Part shown: positions 40,886 to 53,016 of the stretch, one piece after another
Position numbering within the stretch: the first letter of the stretch is position 1
Layout of the letters: each line of letters opens with the position of its first letter
Program-made: the position numbers and the translations under genes
The notes under the pieces: generated by a model
What the model saw: only the letters and a program-made list of their open reading frames with translations
Databases searched by the model: none
What the model was told of the DNA's origin: nothing
Source of the DNA: Solobacterium sp.
Lineage (GTDB): Bacteria; Bacillota_I; Bacilli_A; Erysipelotrichales; Erysipelotrichaceae
Reading direction: 5' to 3'
Length of the DNA stretch: 64,000 nt
NCBI GenBank assembly: GCA_017539385.1
Contig: JAFYHC010000016.1
Coordinates: 1,779 to 65,778, forward strand

Positions 40886-42148
40886 ATGAACATACTCGTA
40901 GTAGGATCCGGAGGCCGTGAACATGCGGTCATCCGCAAATTAAGAGAAAACCAGGAGATCGAAACGATCTGGTGCGCACCGGGCAACGGCGGTATCTCCG
41001 CCATTGCCGAATGCGTTGATATCAAGGCAACGGACATCGAAGGGATGAAGGCATTTGCGCTGAGTCATCCGGTGGACTTCTGCATCGTGACGCCGGATGA
41101 TCCGCTGGCACTGGGCATGGTGGATGTACTGGAAGAAGCAGGAATTCCCTGCTTTGGTCCGCGTGCCAACGCAGCGATCATCGAAGCATCCAAGGCATTC
41201 TCCAAGGAACTGATGAAGAAGTATCATATCCCGACAGCTGCCTATGAGACATTCGATGATGCAGAGAAGCTTTCTGCATATATCAAAGAAAAGAATACGT
41301 ATCCGATCGTTCTGAAAGCAGATGGACTGGCACTTGGCAAAGGCGTGCTGATTGCCAATAACGAAGCAGAAGCGATGGAAGCTGTGAAGGAACTGATGAT
41401 CGACAAGGCATTCGGTGCTTCCGGCAATAAGGTGGTCGCCGAAGAATTCATGACCGGCAAAGAAGTATCTGTACTTGCCTTTACCGATGGTGAAACAGTG
41501 AAGCCGATGATCTCTTCCATGGACCATAAGCGTGCCTATGACAATGACGAAGGCCTCAACACCGGCGGTATGGGAACCATTGCACCATCCCCGTACTATA
41601 CCAAAGAGATCGCTGACAGATGCATGCGTGAGATCTTTGAGCCGACGGTCAAAGCCATGAAGGCAGAGGGCAGACCGTTCAAGGGATGCCTGTACTTCGG
41701 ACTGATGCTTACACCGAACGGACCGAAGGTGGTGGAATACAACTGCCGCTTTGGGGATCCGGAAACACAGGTCGTACTGCCTCTGCTCAAGAGTGATCTC
41801 TATACGATCATGAAGGCATGCCGCGAAGGCACTCTGGCAGATACCGATGTGGAATGGAGCGATCAGGCTGCAGCGTGCGTCATTGAAGCAAGCGGCGGCT
41901 ATCCCCAGTCCTACAAGAAGGGCTATCCGATCAGCGGACTGGATGCGGACGGCGGCCATGAAGGCGTTATCGTCTACCATGCCGGTACAAAGAAAGAAAA
42001 CGGCATCTACTATACCAACGGCGGCAGAGTGCTCGGTATTACCGGACTTGGTGATACATTGCAGGACGCTCTTGCAAAAGCCTATGCGGCAGTAAAGCAG
42101 ATCACATTCGAAAAGGTGCACTACCGGACGGATATCGGCCGCAAATAA
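40886..42148 (+). CDS. purD: GAR synthetase
   Basis: GSGGREHA, KADGLALGKGV, NTGGMG, EYNCRFGDPE. Confidence 0.97.
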   Translation: MNILVVGSGGREHAVIRKLRENQEIETIWCAPGNGGISAIAECVDIKATDIEGMKAFALSHPVDFCIVTPDDPLALGMVDVLEEAGIPCFGPRANAAIIEASKAFSKELMKKYHIPTAAYETFDDAEKLSAYIKEKNTYPIVLKADGLALGKGVLIANNEAEAMEAVKELMIDKAFGASGNKVVAEEFMTGKEVSVLAFTDGETVKPMISSMDHKRAYDNDEGLNTGGMGTIAPSPYYTKEIADRCMREIFEPTVKAMKAEGRPFKGCLYFGLMLTPNGPKVVEYNCRFGDPETQVVLPLLKSDLYTIMKACREGTLADTDVEWSDQAAACVIEASGGYPQSYKKGYPISGLDADGGHEGVIVYHAGTKKENGIYYTNGGRVLGITGLGDTLQDALAKAYAAVKQITFEKVHYRTDIGRK

Positions 42149-42167
42149 AGACAAGGAGAAAACATTC

Positions 42168-45100
42168 ATGACAGTATATCGCTGTTTTGTAGAAAAGAAA
42201 CCGGAATTTGCGGTCGAAGCACGTTCTGTATGGAATGACCTGAAGACAGCACTTCGTACAGACAGGATCACAGGTGTCCGTATTCTGAACCGGTATGATC
42301 TGGAAAATATTGAATACGAAGACTATCTGCAGTCCCGCTATACGATCCTTTCCGAACCGCAGGTCGATGATCTGTATGAGGAAGAAGCACCGGCGCCGGC
42401 AGAGAATGAATGGGTGCTGGCAGTGGAATATCTGCCCGGTCAGTTTGACCAGCGTGCTGATTCCTGCGCACAGTGCATCCAGCTGTCCACCTGCCGTCAG
42501 AGACCGGACGTGCGTACAGCACGGATCTATTACATTGCCGGTGAACTGAGCGAAGAGGACCGCCGCAAGATCAAAGAGACACTGATCAACCCGGTCGAAG
42601 CAAGAGAAGCAGTTCTTGCCAAGCCAGAAACGATCCGCATGACCTATCCGAAGCCGGAACTGCCAAAGCCGATCGAAGGATTTACCACGATGGATGAAGA
42701 AGGCAGAAAGCAGCTTCATGCATCGATGGGACTTGCCATGGACCTGGCTGACCTGGCCTTCCTGCAGACATATTTTGCAGAGACAGAGAAGCGTGATCCG
42801 ACGGTGACTGAAGTACGTGTCATTGATACATACTGGAGTGATCACTGCCGGCATACGACATTCAATACGATCCTGGAAAATATCGAGATCGAACCGGAAT
42901 ATATCCGGCGTACATACGATAACTACATTGAACTGCGCAAGAAGATCTATGCCGGAAAGACGGAAAAACCGGTATCCCTGTGGGATCTTGCGACAATTGG
43001 CGGCAAGGCTCTGAAGATGAGCGGTGCATTGAAGGATATGGATGAATCCGAAGAGATCAATGCATGCTCGGTGCGCATCACAGTGGATGTGGACGGAGAA
43101 GATCAGGACTGGTTGCTGATGTTCAAGAATGAGACACACAACCATCCGACCGAGATCGAGCCGTTCGGCGGTGCTGCAACATGTCTTGGCGGTGCGATCC
43201 GTGACCCGCTGTCCGGACGTGCCTATGTATACCAGGCAATGCGCATCACCGGTGCAGCAGATCCGCTTGTGCCGGTCGAAGAGACCATGAAAGGCAAACT
43301 GCCGCAGCGCAAGATCGTTACGACCGCAGCGGCCGGCTACAGCTCGTATGGCAACCAGATCGGCCTTGCGACCGGTCATGTCCATGAACTGTATCACCCC
43401 GGCTACGCAGCCAAGCGTATGGAAGTCGGTGCGGTACTGGGTGCTGCACCAAGCGAGAACGTTGTACGCATGCGTCCGGCGCCGGGTGATGTGGTCATCC
43501 TGCTGGGCGGACGTACCGGAAGAGACGGATGCGGCGGCGCAACCGGTTCTTCCAAATCCCATACCGTGGAATCATTGGAAACTTGCGGTGCAGAAGTGCA
43601 GAAGGGAAATGCCCCGGAAGAGCGCAAGCTGCAGAGACTGTTCCGTGATCCGCGTGCATCCCGTCTGATCAAGCGGTGCAATGACTTCGGAGCCGGCGGT
43701 GTATCCGTTGCAATCGGTGAGCTGGCAGATGGCCTGCATATCGATCTGAACAAAGTACCGAAGAAATACGAAGGCCTGGACGGCACAGAACTGGCCATCT
43801 CCGAATCTCAGGAGCGTATGGCAGTCGTCACTGCGAAAGAAGATGCAGAGGCATTCCAGAGACTCGCAGATGAAGAAAACCTCGAATCCACCATCGTTGC
43901 GGAAGTGACCGAAGAAAAGAGACTGGTCATGGAACTGGACGGACAGGTGATCGTGGATATTGCAAGAGACTTCCTCGATACCAATGGTGCAAAGCGCAGT
44001 GCAGATGCGTTGATCGTACAGCCTGGCCGCATGCCTGCACCGGTGCAGGGAAGCTTCAAAGAGCGGATGGAAGCACTGGTATCCGATCTCAATGTCTGCT
44101 CGCAGAAGGGACTGGTGGAGCGCTTTGACTCCACGATCGGTGCCGGTACAGTGACGATGCCGTACGGCGGTCTGCGCCAGCTGACACCGATGCAGGCAAT
44201 GGTATGCAAGCTGCCGGTGCTGAATGCGGAAACAACGACCTGTTCCGTCATGGGATGGGGCTATGATCCGTATGTATCCTCTGCTTCCCCATACCATGGT
44301 GCTCAGGAAGCCGTCATCACATCGGTCGCGAAAGTCATCGGTGCCGGCGGCAGTGCGCATCATGCATGGATGAGCTTCCAGGAGTTCTTCGGACATACAT
44401 CCAGCGATCCAAAGCGCTGGGGTTCCCCGATGTCTGCACTGTTAGGTGCTTTGAAGGCACAGATGAACCTTGAGATCGCAGCAATTGGCGGAAAAGACTC
44501 CATGTCCGGTACATTTGAGAATCTCGATGTACCGCCGACACTGATCTCCTTTGCCGTTTCCACGACAAAGACCGACCGAGTCGTCACAACGGAATTCAAG
44601 AAGGCAGGCCACCCGGTATGGTGGATCCGCCCGAAATACGATGTAAACGGTGAACCGGACTATGCCAGCGTCAGGCATGTCTTCGATACCGTCGAAGGAC
44701 TGATCCGTGAAGGCAGAGCACTGTCTGTATGGACAACGGAGCGCGGCGGCGCAGCAGAAGGCCTGTTCAAGATGATGCTGGGCAACCGGATCGGCTTCAA
44801 AGCCGCAGACGGCATTGCCTGTGAAGATCTGTTTGAACGCCGTGCCGGATCGTTCCTCATTGAAACCGAGGCAGACGATGCCATCGGCGGATCGATCCTG
44901 CTGGGAAGAACATGTGAAGACTATGTATTCACATGCGGTGAGACAGTGGATATGGAAGCACTGCAGTCACTGTGGGAAGAGAAACTGCAGCCGGTATTCC
45001 CGTATCTCCATGTACAGAAGGATGAAAAGCGTGAAGCTGTCAGCTATACAGACCGCGGCATCCTGCATGCCTCCTATACATGTGAGCGTCCGCACGTACT

Positions 45101-45887
45101 GATCCCGGTATTCCCGGGAACCAACTGTGAGTGGGATACCGCACGTGCATATGAAAAAGCCGGTGCGGAGGCAGAGATCTATGTCATCCGCAACCGTACA
45201 CCGGAAGAGATCGAAACAAGCGTCAACGAAGTGGCAGAAAAGATTGCACAGTCGCAGATCATCGCTCTGCCCGGCGGTTTCTCCGGCGGTGATGAACCGG
45301 ATGGATCTGGCAAGTTCATTACGGCATTCTTCCGCAACCCGAAGATCAAGGCTGCTGTGGCAGACCTCCTGAATAAGCGGGAAGGCCTCATGTGCGGCAT
45401 CTGCAACGGCTTCCAGGCACTGATCAAGCTGGGTCTTGTACCGTATGGCAGAATCATCGATACCGATGAAAACTGCCCGACCCTGACCTTCAACACCATC
45501 GGCCGTCACCAGTCCATGCTGGTGCGCACCCGTGTGGCATCGGTCAAGTCACCGTGGCTGCGCTACTGCAACGTGGATGATATTCATACCGTTGCGATCA
45601 GCCATGGCGAAGGCAGATTCGTAGCCAACCGCGATGTACTCAGAGAACTGGCAAGAAACGGCCAGATCGCTACCCAGTATGTTGATCTGGATGGTGAACC
45701 GACCGGCAATGTCCGCTACAATCCGAATAACTCCTACCTCGCTGTAGAAGGCATCACGTCTCCGGACGGACGCATCTTTGGCAAGATGGGACATTCCGAG
45801 CGCTCCGGCGATTCGCTGTATGTCAACGTACCGGACAAGCAGCTGGAAGAAATGATCTTCAAAGGCGCAGTCGACTATTTCCGCTGA
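42168..45887 (+). CDS. purL: FGAM synthase (large fused form with glutaminase domain)
   Basis: WSDHCRH, ETHNHPTEIEP, DFGAGG, GGFSGGD, GICNGFQ, MGHSER. Confidence 0.97.
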   Translation: MTVYRCFVEKKPEFAVEARSVWNDLKTALRTDRITGVRILNRYDLENIEYEDYLQSRYTILSEPQVDDLYEEEAPAPAENEWVLAVEYLPGQFDQRADSCAQCIQLSTCRQRPDVRTARIYYIAGELSEEDRRKIKETLINPVEAREAVLAKPETIRMTYPKPELPKPIEGFTTMDEEGRKQLHASMGLAMDLADLAFLQTYFAETEKRDPTVTEVRVIDTYWSDHCRHTTFNTILENIEIEPEYIRRTYDNYIELRKKIYAGKTEKPVSLWDLATIGGKALKMSGALKDMDESEEINACSVRITVDVDGEDQDWLLMFKNETHNHPTEIEPFGGAATCLGGAIRDPLSGRAYVYQAMRITGAADPLVPVEETMKGKLPQRKIVTTAAAGYSSYGNQIGLATGHVHELYHPGYAAKRMEVGAVLGAAPSENVVRMRPAPGDVVILLGGRTGRDGCGGATGSSKSHTVESLETCGAEVQKGNAPEERKLQRLFRDPRASRLIKRCNDFGAGGVSVAIGELADGLHIDLNKVPKKYEGLDGTELAISESQERMAVVTAKEDAEAFQRLADEENLESTIVAEVTEEKRLVMELDGQVIVDIARDFLDTNGAKRSADALIVQPGRMPAPVQGSFKERMEALVSDLNVCSQKGLVERFDSTIGAGTVTMPYGGLRQLTPMQAMVCKLPVLNAETTTCSVMGWGYDPYVSSASPYHGAQEAVITSVAKVIGAGGSAHHAWMSFQEFFGHTSSDPKRWGSPMSALLGALKAQMNLEIAAIGGKDSMSGTFENLDVPPTLISFAVSTTKTDRVVTTEFKKAGHPVWWIRPKYDVNGEPDYASVRHVFDTVEGLIREGRALSVWTTERGGAAEGLFKMMLGNRIGFKAADGIACEDLFERRAGSFLIETEADDAIGGSILLGRTCEDYVFTCGETVDMEALQSLWEEKLQPVFPYLHVQKDEKREAVSYTDRGILHASYTCERPHVLIPVFPGTNCEWDTARAYEKAGAEAEIYVIRNRTPEEIETSVNEVAEKIAQSQIIALPGGFSGGDEPDGSGKFITAFFRNPKIKAAVADLLNKREGLMCGICNGFQALIKLGLVPYGRIIDTDENCPTLTFNTIGRHQSMLVRTRVASVKSPWLRYCNVDDIHTVAISHGEGRFVANRDVLRELARNGQIATQYVDLDGEPTGNVRYNPNNSYLAVEGITSPDGRIFGKMGHSERSGDSLYVNVPDKQLEEMIFKGAVDYFR

Positions 45888-45890
45888 GTG

Positions 45891-46406
45891 ATGGATTTTG
45901 ATACATTGATCAAAGCGCGCTATTCCGTACGCAAATATGCGGATACGCCCATTGAACCGGAAAAGCTGCAGGCAGTCCTGGAAGCAGGAATGCTTGCGCC
46001 GACCGGCGTCAATGCCCAGCCCCAGCGCGTCTATGTGCTCTCTTCCAATGAAGCCATAGAGAAGATACGCAGTCTTACGAAAATGGCATTCAATGCGCCG
46101 GCGGTATTGATGATCACACTGTGCAAAGATGAACAGTGGGTCAATCCGCTGGAAGAAGGCTATGCGGCCGGTGTGCAGGACGTCAGTATCGTAGCAACGC
46201 ACATGATGCTGAAAGCAGCAGAGATCGGTCTTGGTACCTGCTGGGTCAATTACTTTGCACCGACACAGGTCAAAGAAGCCTTCCAGTTGCCGGACAACGA
46301 AGATGTCGTACTGTTAATGCCAATTGGCTATCCCGCAGATACTTCCAGGCCATCCGCAAAACACTTTGCGTCCAAGGCACTGGATGACATCGTGCACTAT
46401 CTTTAA
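45891..46406 (+). CDS. Nitroreductase family protein
   Basis: RYSVRKY, APTGVNAQP, GLGTCWV, PIGYP. Confidence 0.9.
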   Translation: MDFDTLIKARYSVRKYADTPIEPEKLQAVLEAGMLAPTGVNAQPQRVYVLSSNEAIEKIRSLTKMAFNAPAVLMITLCKDEQWVNPLEEGYAAGVQDVSIVATHMMLKAAEIGLGTCWVNYFAPTQVKEAFQLPDNEDVVLLMPIGYPADTSRPSAKHFASKALDDIVHYL

Positions 46407-46410
46407 ACAC

Positions 46411-46455
46411 AAACAGATCCCCATTGTATTCCCGTACAATGAGGATCTGTTTTTT
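46411..46455. terminator. Bidirectional terminator
   Basis: AAACAGATCC-CATTGTA/TACAATG-GGATCTGTTT between convergent genes. Confidence 0.7.
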
Positions 46456-46471
46456 AGCATGTGAGCTGTTA

Positions 46472-47965
<1,494 letters not shown>

Positions 47966-48058
47966 TTATTCCTTTCTTTGCGTATATATACATTATACTG
48001 GTAATCGGAAGCCATCACATGCATTTCGGCAAGAAAAAAAGGCATTTCAGCCTTTTCA

Positions 48059-48679
48059 TCATTCAGCAGGATTTCCGTCTGCGTCCACATGTACCCAGCA
48101 TGGCTTGCTGTCTTTTGTATAATACATCTCCCAGTCACTGTGCCATGTTGTATTCAGTGTATCGATCAGCTTTGCATCTGTCTTGAAATAAGTCTTTTCC
48201 TTGCCTGTACGCAGGATGATCGTACCATCGTTATAGATCGTAAGCTTGTCATTCTTCGTTGTATCAAAGACATCTTCTTTGCATTCGAACGAAATATATT
48301 CGTTCATTGCATCAGCAGTGAATGCATCGATCTTTTCTGTTTCTGCTTCAGCGATCACTTTCAGCATATCCTTGCGGTATGCTGTTTCAAATTCATAATA
48401 TGCCTTCATGCCGGCATCGACTGCTTCTTTGGAGCAGTCTGGTGTGATCAGCTTCGGTCTGGCTGCTTCCTTTTCTTTTTCGAATTCTTCTTCTGTCAGG
48501 ATGACTTCTCTTTCCTGATTGCGTACGACGATCTGTGCGCTCTTGTCTGCCGCGGTGTATTTGTCCGCAAATGCCTGGATCCCGTTCTTCTGTGCTGTAC
48601 CGGAGGCACTGCATCCGGCAAATGCAATGGTGCAGAGCACTGCTTTGAAGAAGCGTGCTGTAATCTTGTTTTTACTCAT
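48059..48679 (-). CDS. Lipoprotein of unknown function
   Basis: Signal peptide ending in lipobox FAGC. Confidence 0.75.
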   Translation of the reverse strand: MSKNKITARFFKAVLCTIAFAGCSASGTAQKNGIQAFADKYTAADKSAQIVVRNQEREVILTEEEFEKEKEAARPKLITPDCSKEAVDAGMKAYYEFETAYRKDMLKVIAEAETEKIDAFTADAMNEYISFECKEDVFDTTKNDKLTIYNDGTIILRTGKEKTYFKTDAKLIDTLNTTWHSDWEMYYTKDSKPCWVHVDADGNPAE

Positions 48680-48787
48680 TGTTTTCCTACCCCTTTATTC
48701 ATACCTGCCTGAAAAGACAGCATATAGAATTGTAGTACAGAAATATAAGGGGAGAGAATTTCTGTGGTGACAGAACGGTCACATCAC

Positions 48788-49420
48788 TCATTGTTTCCGG
48801 ATCAGTTTCCTCTCTGACAGGTACAGGATGTCTTCTGCATAGTTTTCGTCATCTTCCATATGACTTGTATACACCAGCATACGGTTGTTATCTTCCTTCA
48901 GATACTCCGCCAGCATTTGTTTAACATGCGTTTTCATTGCGGCATCCAGCGCATCAAATGGTTCATCCAGAATCAGATATTTTGGTGTATCCATCAGTGC
49001 CTGAATCAGCCGCATTTTCTGTTTCATGCCAAGTGAATATGTCCGGTATTTCTTATCTATGTCCGCTTCCAGCTGCATATCCCCAATAAGATAACGGAGA
49101 CGTTCATCTGTGCACTTCTTCAGAATATTCTGCAGGTATTTCAAATTCTCCCATCCTGTCCAGTACGGAACAAATTCCGGTGCATTGATGCATACGCCTG
49201 CATCGGGAAGAAAATCACATGTCTTTCCGATTACGATGTCATCCACTGTTACGGATCCTTCGTCCGCCTGCGAATAGCCGACGATCATCTTCAGCAATAC
49301 GCTTTTTCCGGTTCCGTTGGTTCCTTCAATTTTTGTCTTCTGTTTTGTGATTTCCGCAGAAGCATCTTCAAAGATAACTTTGTCTTTAAATCGTTTTGTT
49401 ACATGACTGATCTGAATCAT
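48788..49420 (-). CDS. ABC transporter ATP-binding protein
   Basis: GTNGTGKS, YSLGMKQK, ILDEPFDALD. Confidence 0.9.
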   Translation of the reverse strand: MIQISHVTKRFKDKVIFEDASAEITKQKTKIEGTNGTGKSVLLKMIVGYSQADEGSVTVDDIVIGKTCDFLPDAGVCINAPEFVPYWTGWENLKYLQNILKKCTDERLRYLIGDMQLEADIDKKYRTYSLGMKQKMRLIQALMDTPKYLILDEPFDALDAAMKTHVKQMLAEYLKEDNNRMLVYTSHMEDDENYAEDILYLSERKLIRKQ

Positions 49421-50718
49421 AAGAACTCCCTGCAATTTTGTATTCGTTTCTGGAAATACCAGATCTCTGTACATCCGAGAAGTGTTTCTACGGCAAGCCA
49501 AATTCCTTCAGAAAGCATATTCCCTGAATAGGATATGAAATGCATTCCTGTAATCATGTCTGTTATTAATAGTGCTATATACAGCCCCAGCAGTCTGTCC
49601 GCCGGAAGAGGTCCGTCATTCAATACCGCTGTATATTGAAACCAGAGCACAAACAGCAGAATGATGAGAGAATACCGCAATACATACACCAGTATGCCGG
49701 CAGTATCTGTCAGACTGCTTCTGTCCATCTGTGATACCGCAATAACCGTAAGGACCATTGCTGTGTACAGCTTTCCTGCCTCTGTGCCTGTCTGGTATAA
49801 AGTCCTTCTCAATAGCTTTGTTCTTCCCAGTTTATGCAGATACATACGCGTAATGGATCCATCTGCACCGAATGAGCGGATCTGAAGCAGGATATTCACA
49901 AGAAACAGCAGGATATTTGGAATGATCAGCGTCAGATTCATCTTGGAATAGGCATATTTCTCAAATGCCGGAAAATTCATATAGATGAGATCACTAAGCT
50001 GCAAATACGTCTTCCCGGGAAACACCGGACGCAATATGAGCAGGTACATCATCAATGTCCATGACGGTATAACCACTGCTGTCTTCAGCCATGACGCAGT
50101 AATGTCTGCTGTCTTCCTGTCATTCACCCAAAGGATAAAAACAATGGTGCTCCACAGGCTCATATGCCATATGAATAGTCCTGCATCCATGGAACGCAGC
50201 ACAGAGAATGGACTGAACATTGTCGCAAAAACACCTTCTGTAAGAATGAATCCCAGATACAGTACACTCCATATGATCCATAGAATCACCAGTCTCTTTT
50301 TTCTCTTTTCAACCTTGTGCAGATGCCATACACGGCAAACCAGGCACATATACAGAAACAGACACAGGTTCCTGTACAGATAGGATGGAAGGAAAAACCG
50401 CTTGTCCAGTATCCCCAGAAAAATAATCTGTACAGTCATAACTGTAAGAAAGAATATGCCGGTATTTGCAAGTGCCTGTTTCAGCTCAAACCGGTCGTAT
50501 GCGTCTCTTTCCGCATATCTGCACATGACCATGGACGAGGACATTGGTGAACCGACTGAAGCAAAGAGAAGCCCGGAGAACAGCAACGACAGCGCATAAC
50601 TATTCAGTGTGCGGACGTGAAGCGATGTGTCTGTATGTCCGTTCAGGATCATGCAGTATAACAGGCTGACTGCCGCATAAACCGCGGCATTTTCCGCTGC
50701 TCTTTTATATTTCCACAT
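49417..50718 (-). CDS. Polytopic membrane protein, probable ABC permease
   Basis: Many TM segments; translationally coupled to the ATPase. Confidence 0.7.
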   Translation of the reverse strand: MWKYKRAAENAAVYAAVSLLYCMILNGHTDTSLHVRTLNSYALSLLFSGLLFASVGSPMSSSMVMCRYAERDAYDRFELKQALANTGIFFLTVMTVQIIFLGILDKRFFLPSYLYRNLCLFLYMCLVCRVWHLHKVEKRKKRLVILWIIWSVLYLGFILTEGVFATMFSPFSVLRSMDAGLFIWHMSLWSTIVFILWVNDRKTADITASWLKTAVVIPSWTLMMYLLILRPVFPGKTYLQLSDLIYMNFPAFEKYAYSKMNLTLIIPNILLFLVNILLQIRSFGADGSITRMYLHKLGRTKLLRRTLYQTGTEAGKLYTAMVLTVIAVSQMDRSSLTDTAGILVYVLRYSLIILLFVLWFQYTAVLNDGPLPADRLLGLYIALLITDMITGMHFISYSGNMLSEGIWLAVETLLGCTEIWYFQKRIQNCREFL

Positions 50719-51586
50719 ATCTCGTTCTGTAAAATGTCATAAGCCATGCCAGTATCATCGGTATTGCATTCACTGCCAGCAGTATGAACGAATTGAATTC
50801 AAAGTCACCATTTGCCATCAGCACTGCCGGACTTATATAAATGCTTAATACCGGTATGACATTTGCCAGTGCCATTCCTGCAGCAGTAAGCCCGTAATAA
50901 TACAGTGCCGGCAGAAATACCGGTTTCTTCCAGTCAGATTCATACAGTACAGCAGCCTGACCCATCCGGCAGTATATATACGGCATCCAGAAGAAACGGA
51001 TTGATCCTTCTATGAAGAAGTAAATAAATGTATGTTCGCCATAGAACCGGTCATTAAATATCTCATGAAGCAATGACCTGTACGGTGCACCGTTTGGTTC
51101 TGAAGCAGCAGCCTGAACGATACACATGTATATGAAATAGGACAGAAACAGCGTACCAGCCATCTTTAAGGCATTATGATGCATTGTATGATTCAGGTCT
51201 GCCCGGTATCCTTTTCCCCGGTAAGCAGCGCTTGTATAGATGGAATGATAATAGCGGTAAAAATCATACGTACAGATCATTGGGAACACTGGCAGGAAAA
51301 TAGAAAACAGGGCAGTACCGAAGATAATCGATACATCGAACTGATAGGGTGTTTTTGTCAGGATAACCCAGATCAATCGAAATATAGAACGTTCCGCTTC
51401 AGGTACAAACTCTAAGAATCCTCCTCCATCATTAGTCCATATCGATTTCCGATATTCTTCACTGGAAACATACTGTTTCAGTATGTATTCAATGTTTGTT
51501 GAACTGGTCATAAAATACAGCATGATCAAAAGACATAAGATAAAGATGATAATATTTACTCTGTTTCGTTTGATGAAGAATTTCAT
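50705..51586 (-). CDS. Polytopic membrane protein, probable ABC permease
   Basis: About 6 TM segments; overlaps the next gene. Confidence 0.7.
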   Translation of the reverse strand: MKFFIKRNRVNIIIFILCLLIMLYFMTSSTNIEYILKQYVSSEEYRKSIWTNDGGGFLEFVPEAERSIFRLIWVILTKTPYQFDVSIIFGTALFSIFLPVFPMICTYDFYRYYHSIYTSAAYRGKGYRADLNHTMHHNALKMAGTLFLSYFIYMCIVQAAASEPNGAPYRSLLHEIFNDRFYGEHTFIYFFIEGSIRFFWMPYIYCRMGQAAVLYESDWKKPVFLPALYYYGLTAAGMALANVIPVLSIYISPAVLMANGDFEFNSFILLAVNAIPMILAWLMTFYRTRYVEI

Positions 51587-51795
51587 GATCTTTCTTTTCC
51601 GTGTCCGTTTAGGCATATAGCATTCCGTATTCTTCACGCAGTCCCCCTGAAATCATTGTAGGGGATGTTCCTGTATATGCCTTATTCCGTATCGTCATAA
51701 TCTATGACGTTTCGGAATAATGGCTGTGGGACAGCCATTTTGACGTCAAAAAAAGAGCCAGGAAATGGATCCTGACTCTTAATGCAGTAGATAAT

Positions 51796-52911
51796 TCAGA
51801 TCACAGTGCTTCGCAGCAGTGGTATTTTCTTCAGGACAGCCGCAAGGAGTGCTGAAACAATGAAGACGAGCAGGGACAGCAGCGGGATGGAAAACAGCGG
51901 ATTGAAAGAGGCAACGGTGATATTGAGATAGTGGGCAAGGGACTCCAGAACAGCAAGATGAATCAGATAGATACCCATAGAGAGGCTTCCGAGGAGTACT
52001 GCGGCTTTCTCTGTAAATGTTTCCGATCTGTCTTTCAGCATCGGTCGCTGTCTGCCTCTGAAGAATGCCATGATGCCGGCTGATGCAAGAATGATCAGGG
52101 GATTTGTCTCCATCATGAATGTATATACGTATTTGCCGGATACCTGAGAAGCAAGAATGGTGAGCAGGGCAGAAAGAAGCAGTGCCGGTATTGCGGCTGT
52201 AATAAAGGTACTGTGCCATTTGCCAAGACCATATTCATGGATATAGTGACCAAGCAGGAAACAGCCCAGATAGCCGGGCACAAAGCTGATGTTCATTTCA
52301 CCAAGATCAGTCAGAAGCATGTCCCACAGATTGAACAGCGTATTTTCGGACAGGAGCGGTTTAAAGAATCCGTTGATTCCCTTGAACATGCCGAATATAG
52401 TGCCGAAGACGACTAACAGGGTGATCAGATACCTGGTGAGTGCTTTGTCCTTTGTGATGGGCTTTAATACAGGTATTGCCAGATAAAGACCGATTAACAT
52501 TAACAGATACCACAGGTGTCTTGGCATCTTAAACAGATTCTGAATGAAATAAGTGAAGCCGCCCTTATACATAACTGTGTAAAAGACATCATAGAGAATG
52601 ATCCATGTCACAAAACAGATCAGAATTCGTTTGATGTTTTTATGGAAAATATCATGGATACAGATCGTTTTGTCAGGACGCAGTAAAAGTGCACCGGAAA
52701 TCATACAGAATACACAGACGGAAAAACGACCGAACAGATTATAAAACGTATGTATGATCCAGTTTGCGGAACCAATTTCGATCTTAAACCAGTTCGCACC
52801 GGACACATGGATCATAATGACCATAAATGCGCAGATCACACGCAGATATTCCATATACATATATGAAGCGTTTCGTCTATTCACCTTTTGCATCTCCTCT
52901 TTTAATAGCAT
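51796..52911 (-). CDS. Acyltransferase family 3 (AT3) membrane protein
   Basis: LRVICAFMVIMIH, F.MISG.LLL, HLWYL, SMGIYLIH. Confidence 0.9.
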   Translation of the reverse strand: MLLKEEMQKVNRRNASYMYMEYLRVICAFMVIMIHVSGANWFKIEIGSANWIIHTFYNLFGRFSVCVFCMISGALLLRPDKTICIHDIFHKNIKRILICFVTWIILYDVFYTVMYKGGFTYFIQNLFKMPRHLWYLLMLIGLYLAIPVLKPITKDKALTRYLITLLVVFGTIFGMFKGINGFFKPLLSENTLFNLWDMLLTDLGEMNISFVPGYLGCFLLGHYIHEYGLGKWHSTFITAAIPALLLSALLTILASQVSGKYVYTFMMETNPLIILASAGIMAFFRGRQRPMLKDRSETFTEKAAVLLGSLSMGIYLIHLAVLESLAHYLNITVASFNPLFSIPLLSLLVFIVSALLAAVLKKIPLLRSTVI

Positions 52912-53016
52912 TTTACATACATTTGATTCATTTACGAAAGCGGTTATGCTCTGCAGGAGAAAAAACGCCGGATCTGCTGGATCCGACGGGAAAAACTTGG
53001 TGATTGCAGTGCAGCA

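Noticed and set aside
36920-43562. Long antisense ORFs (36920-38419, 40940-42271, 42102-43562)
   Set aside because: Shadow frames of codon-biased pur genes; no motifs or RBS
51611-51682. 72-nt stem-closed segment as a tRNA
   Set aside because: No D-arm, no TTCRA T-loop and no cloverleaf
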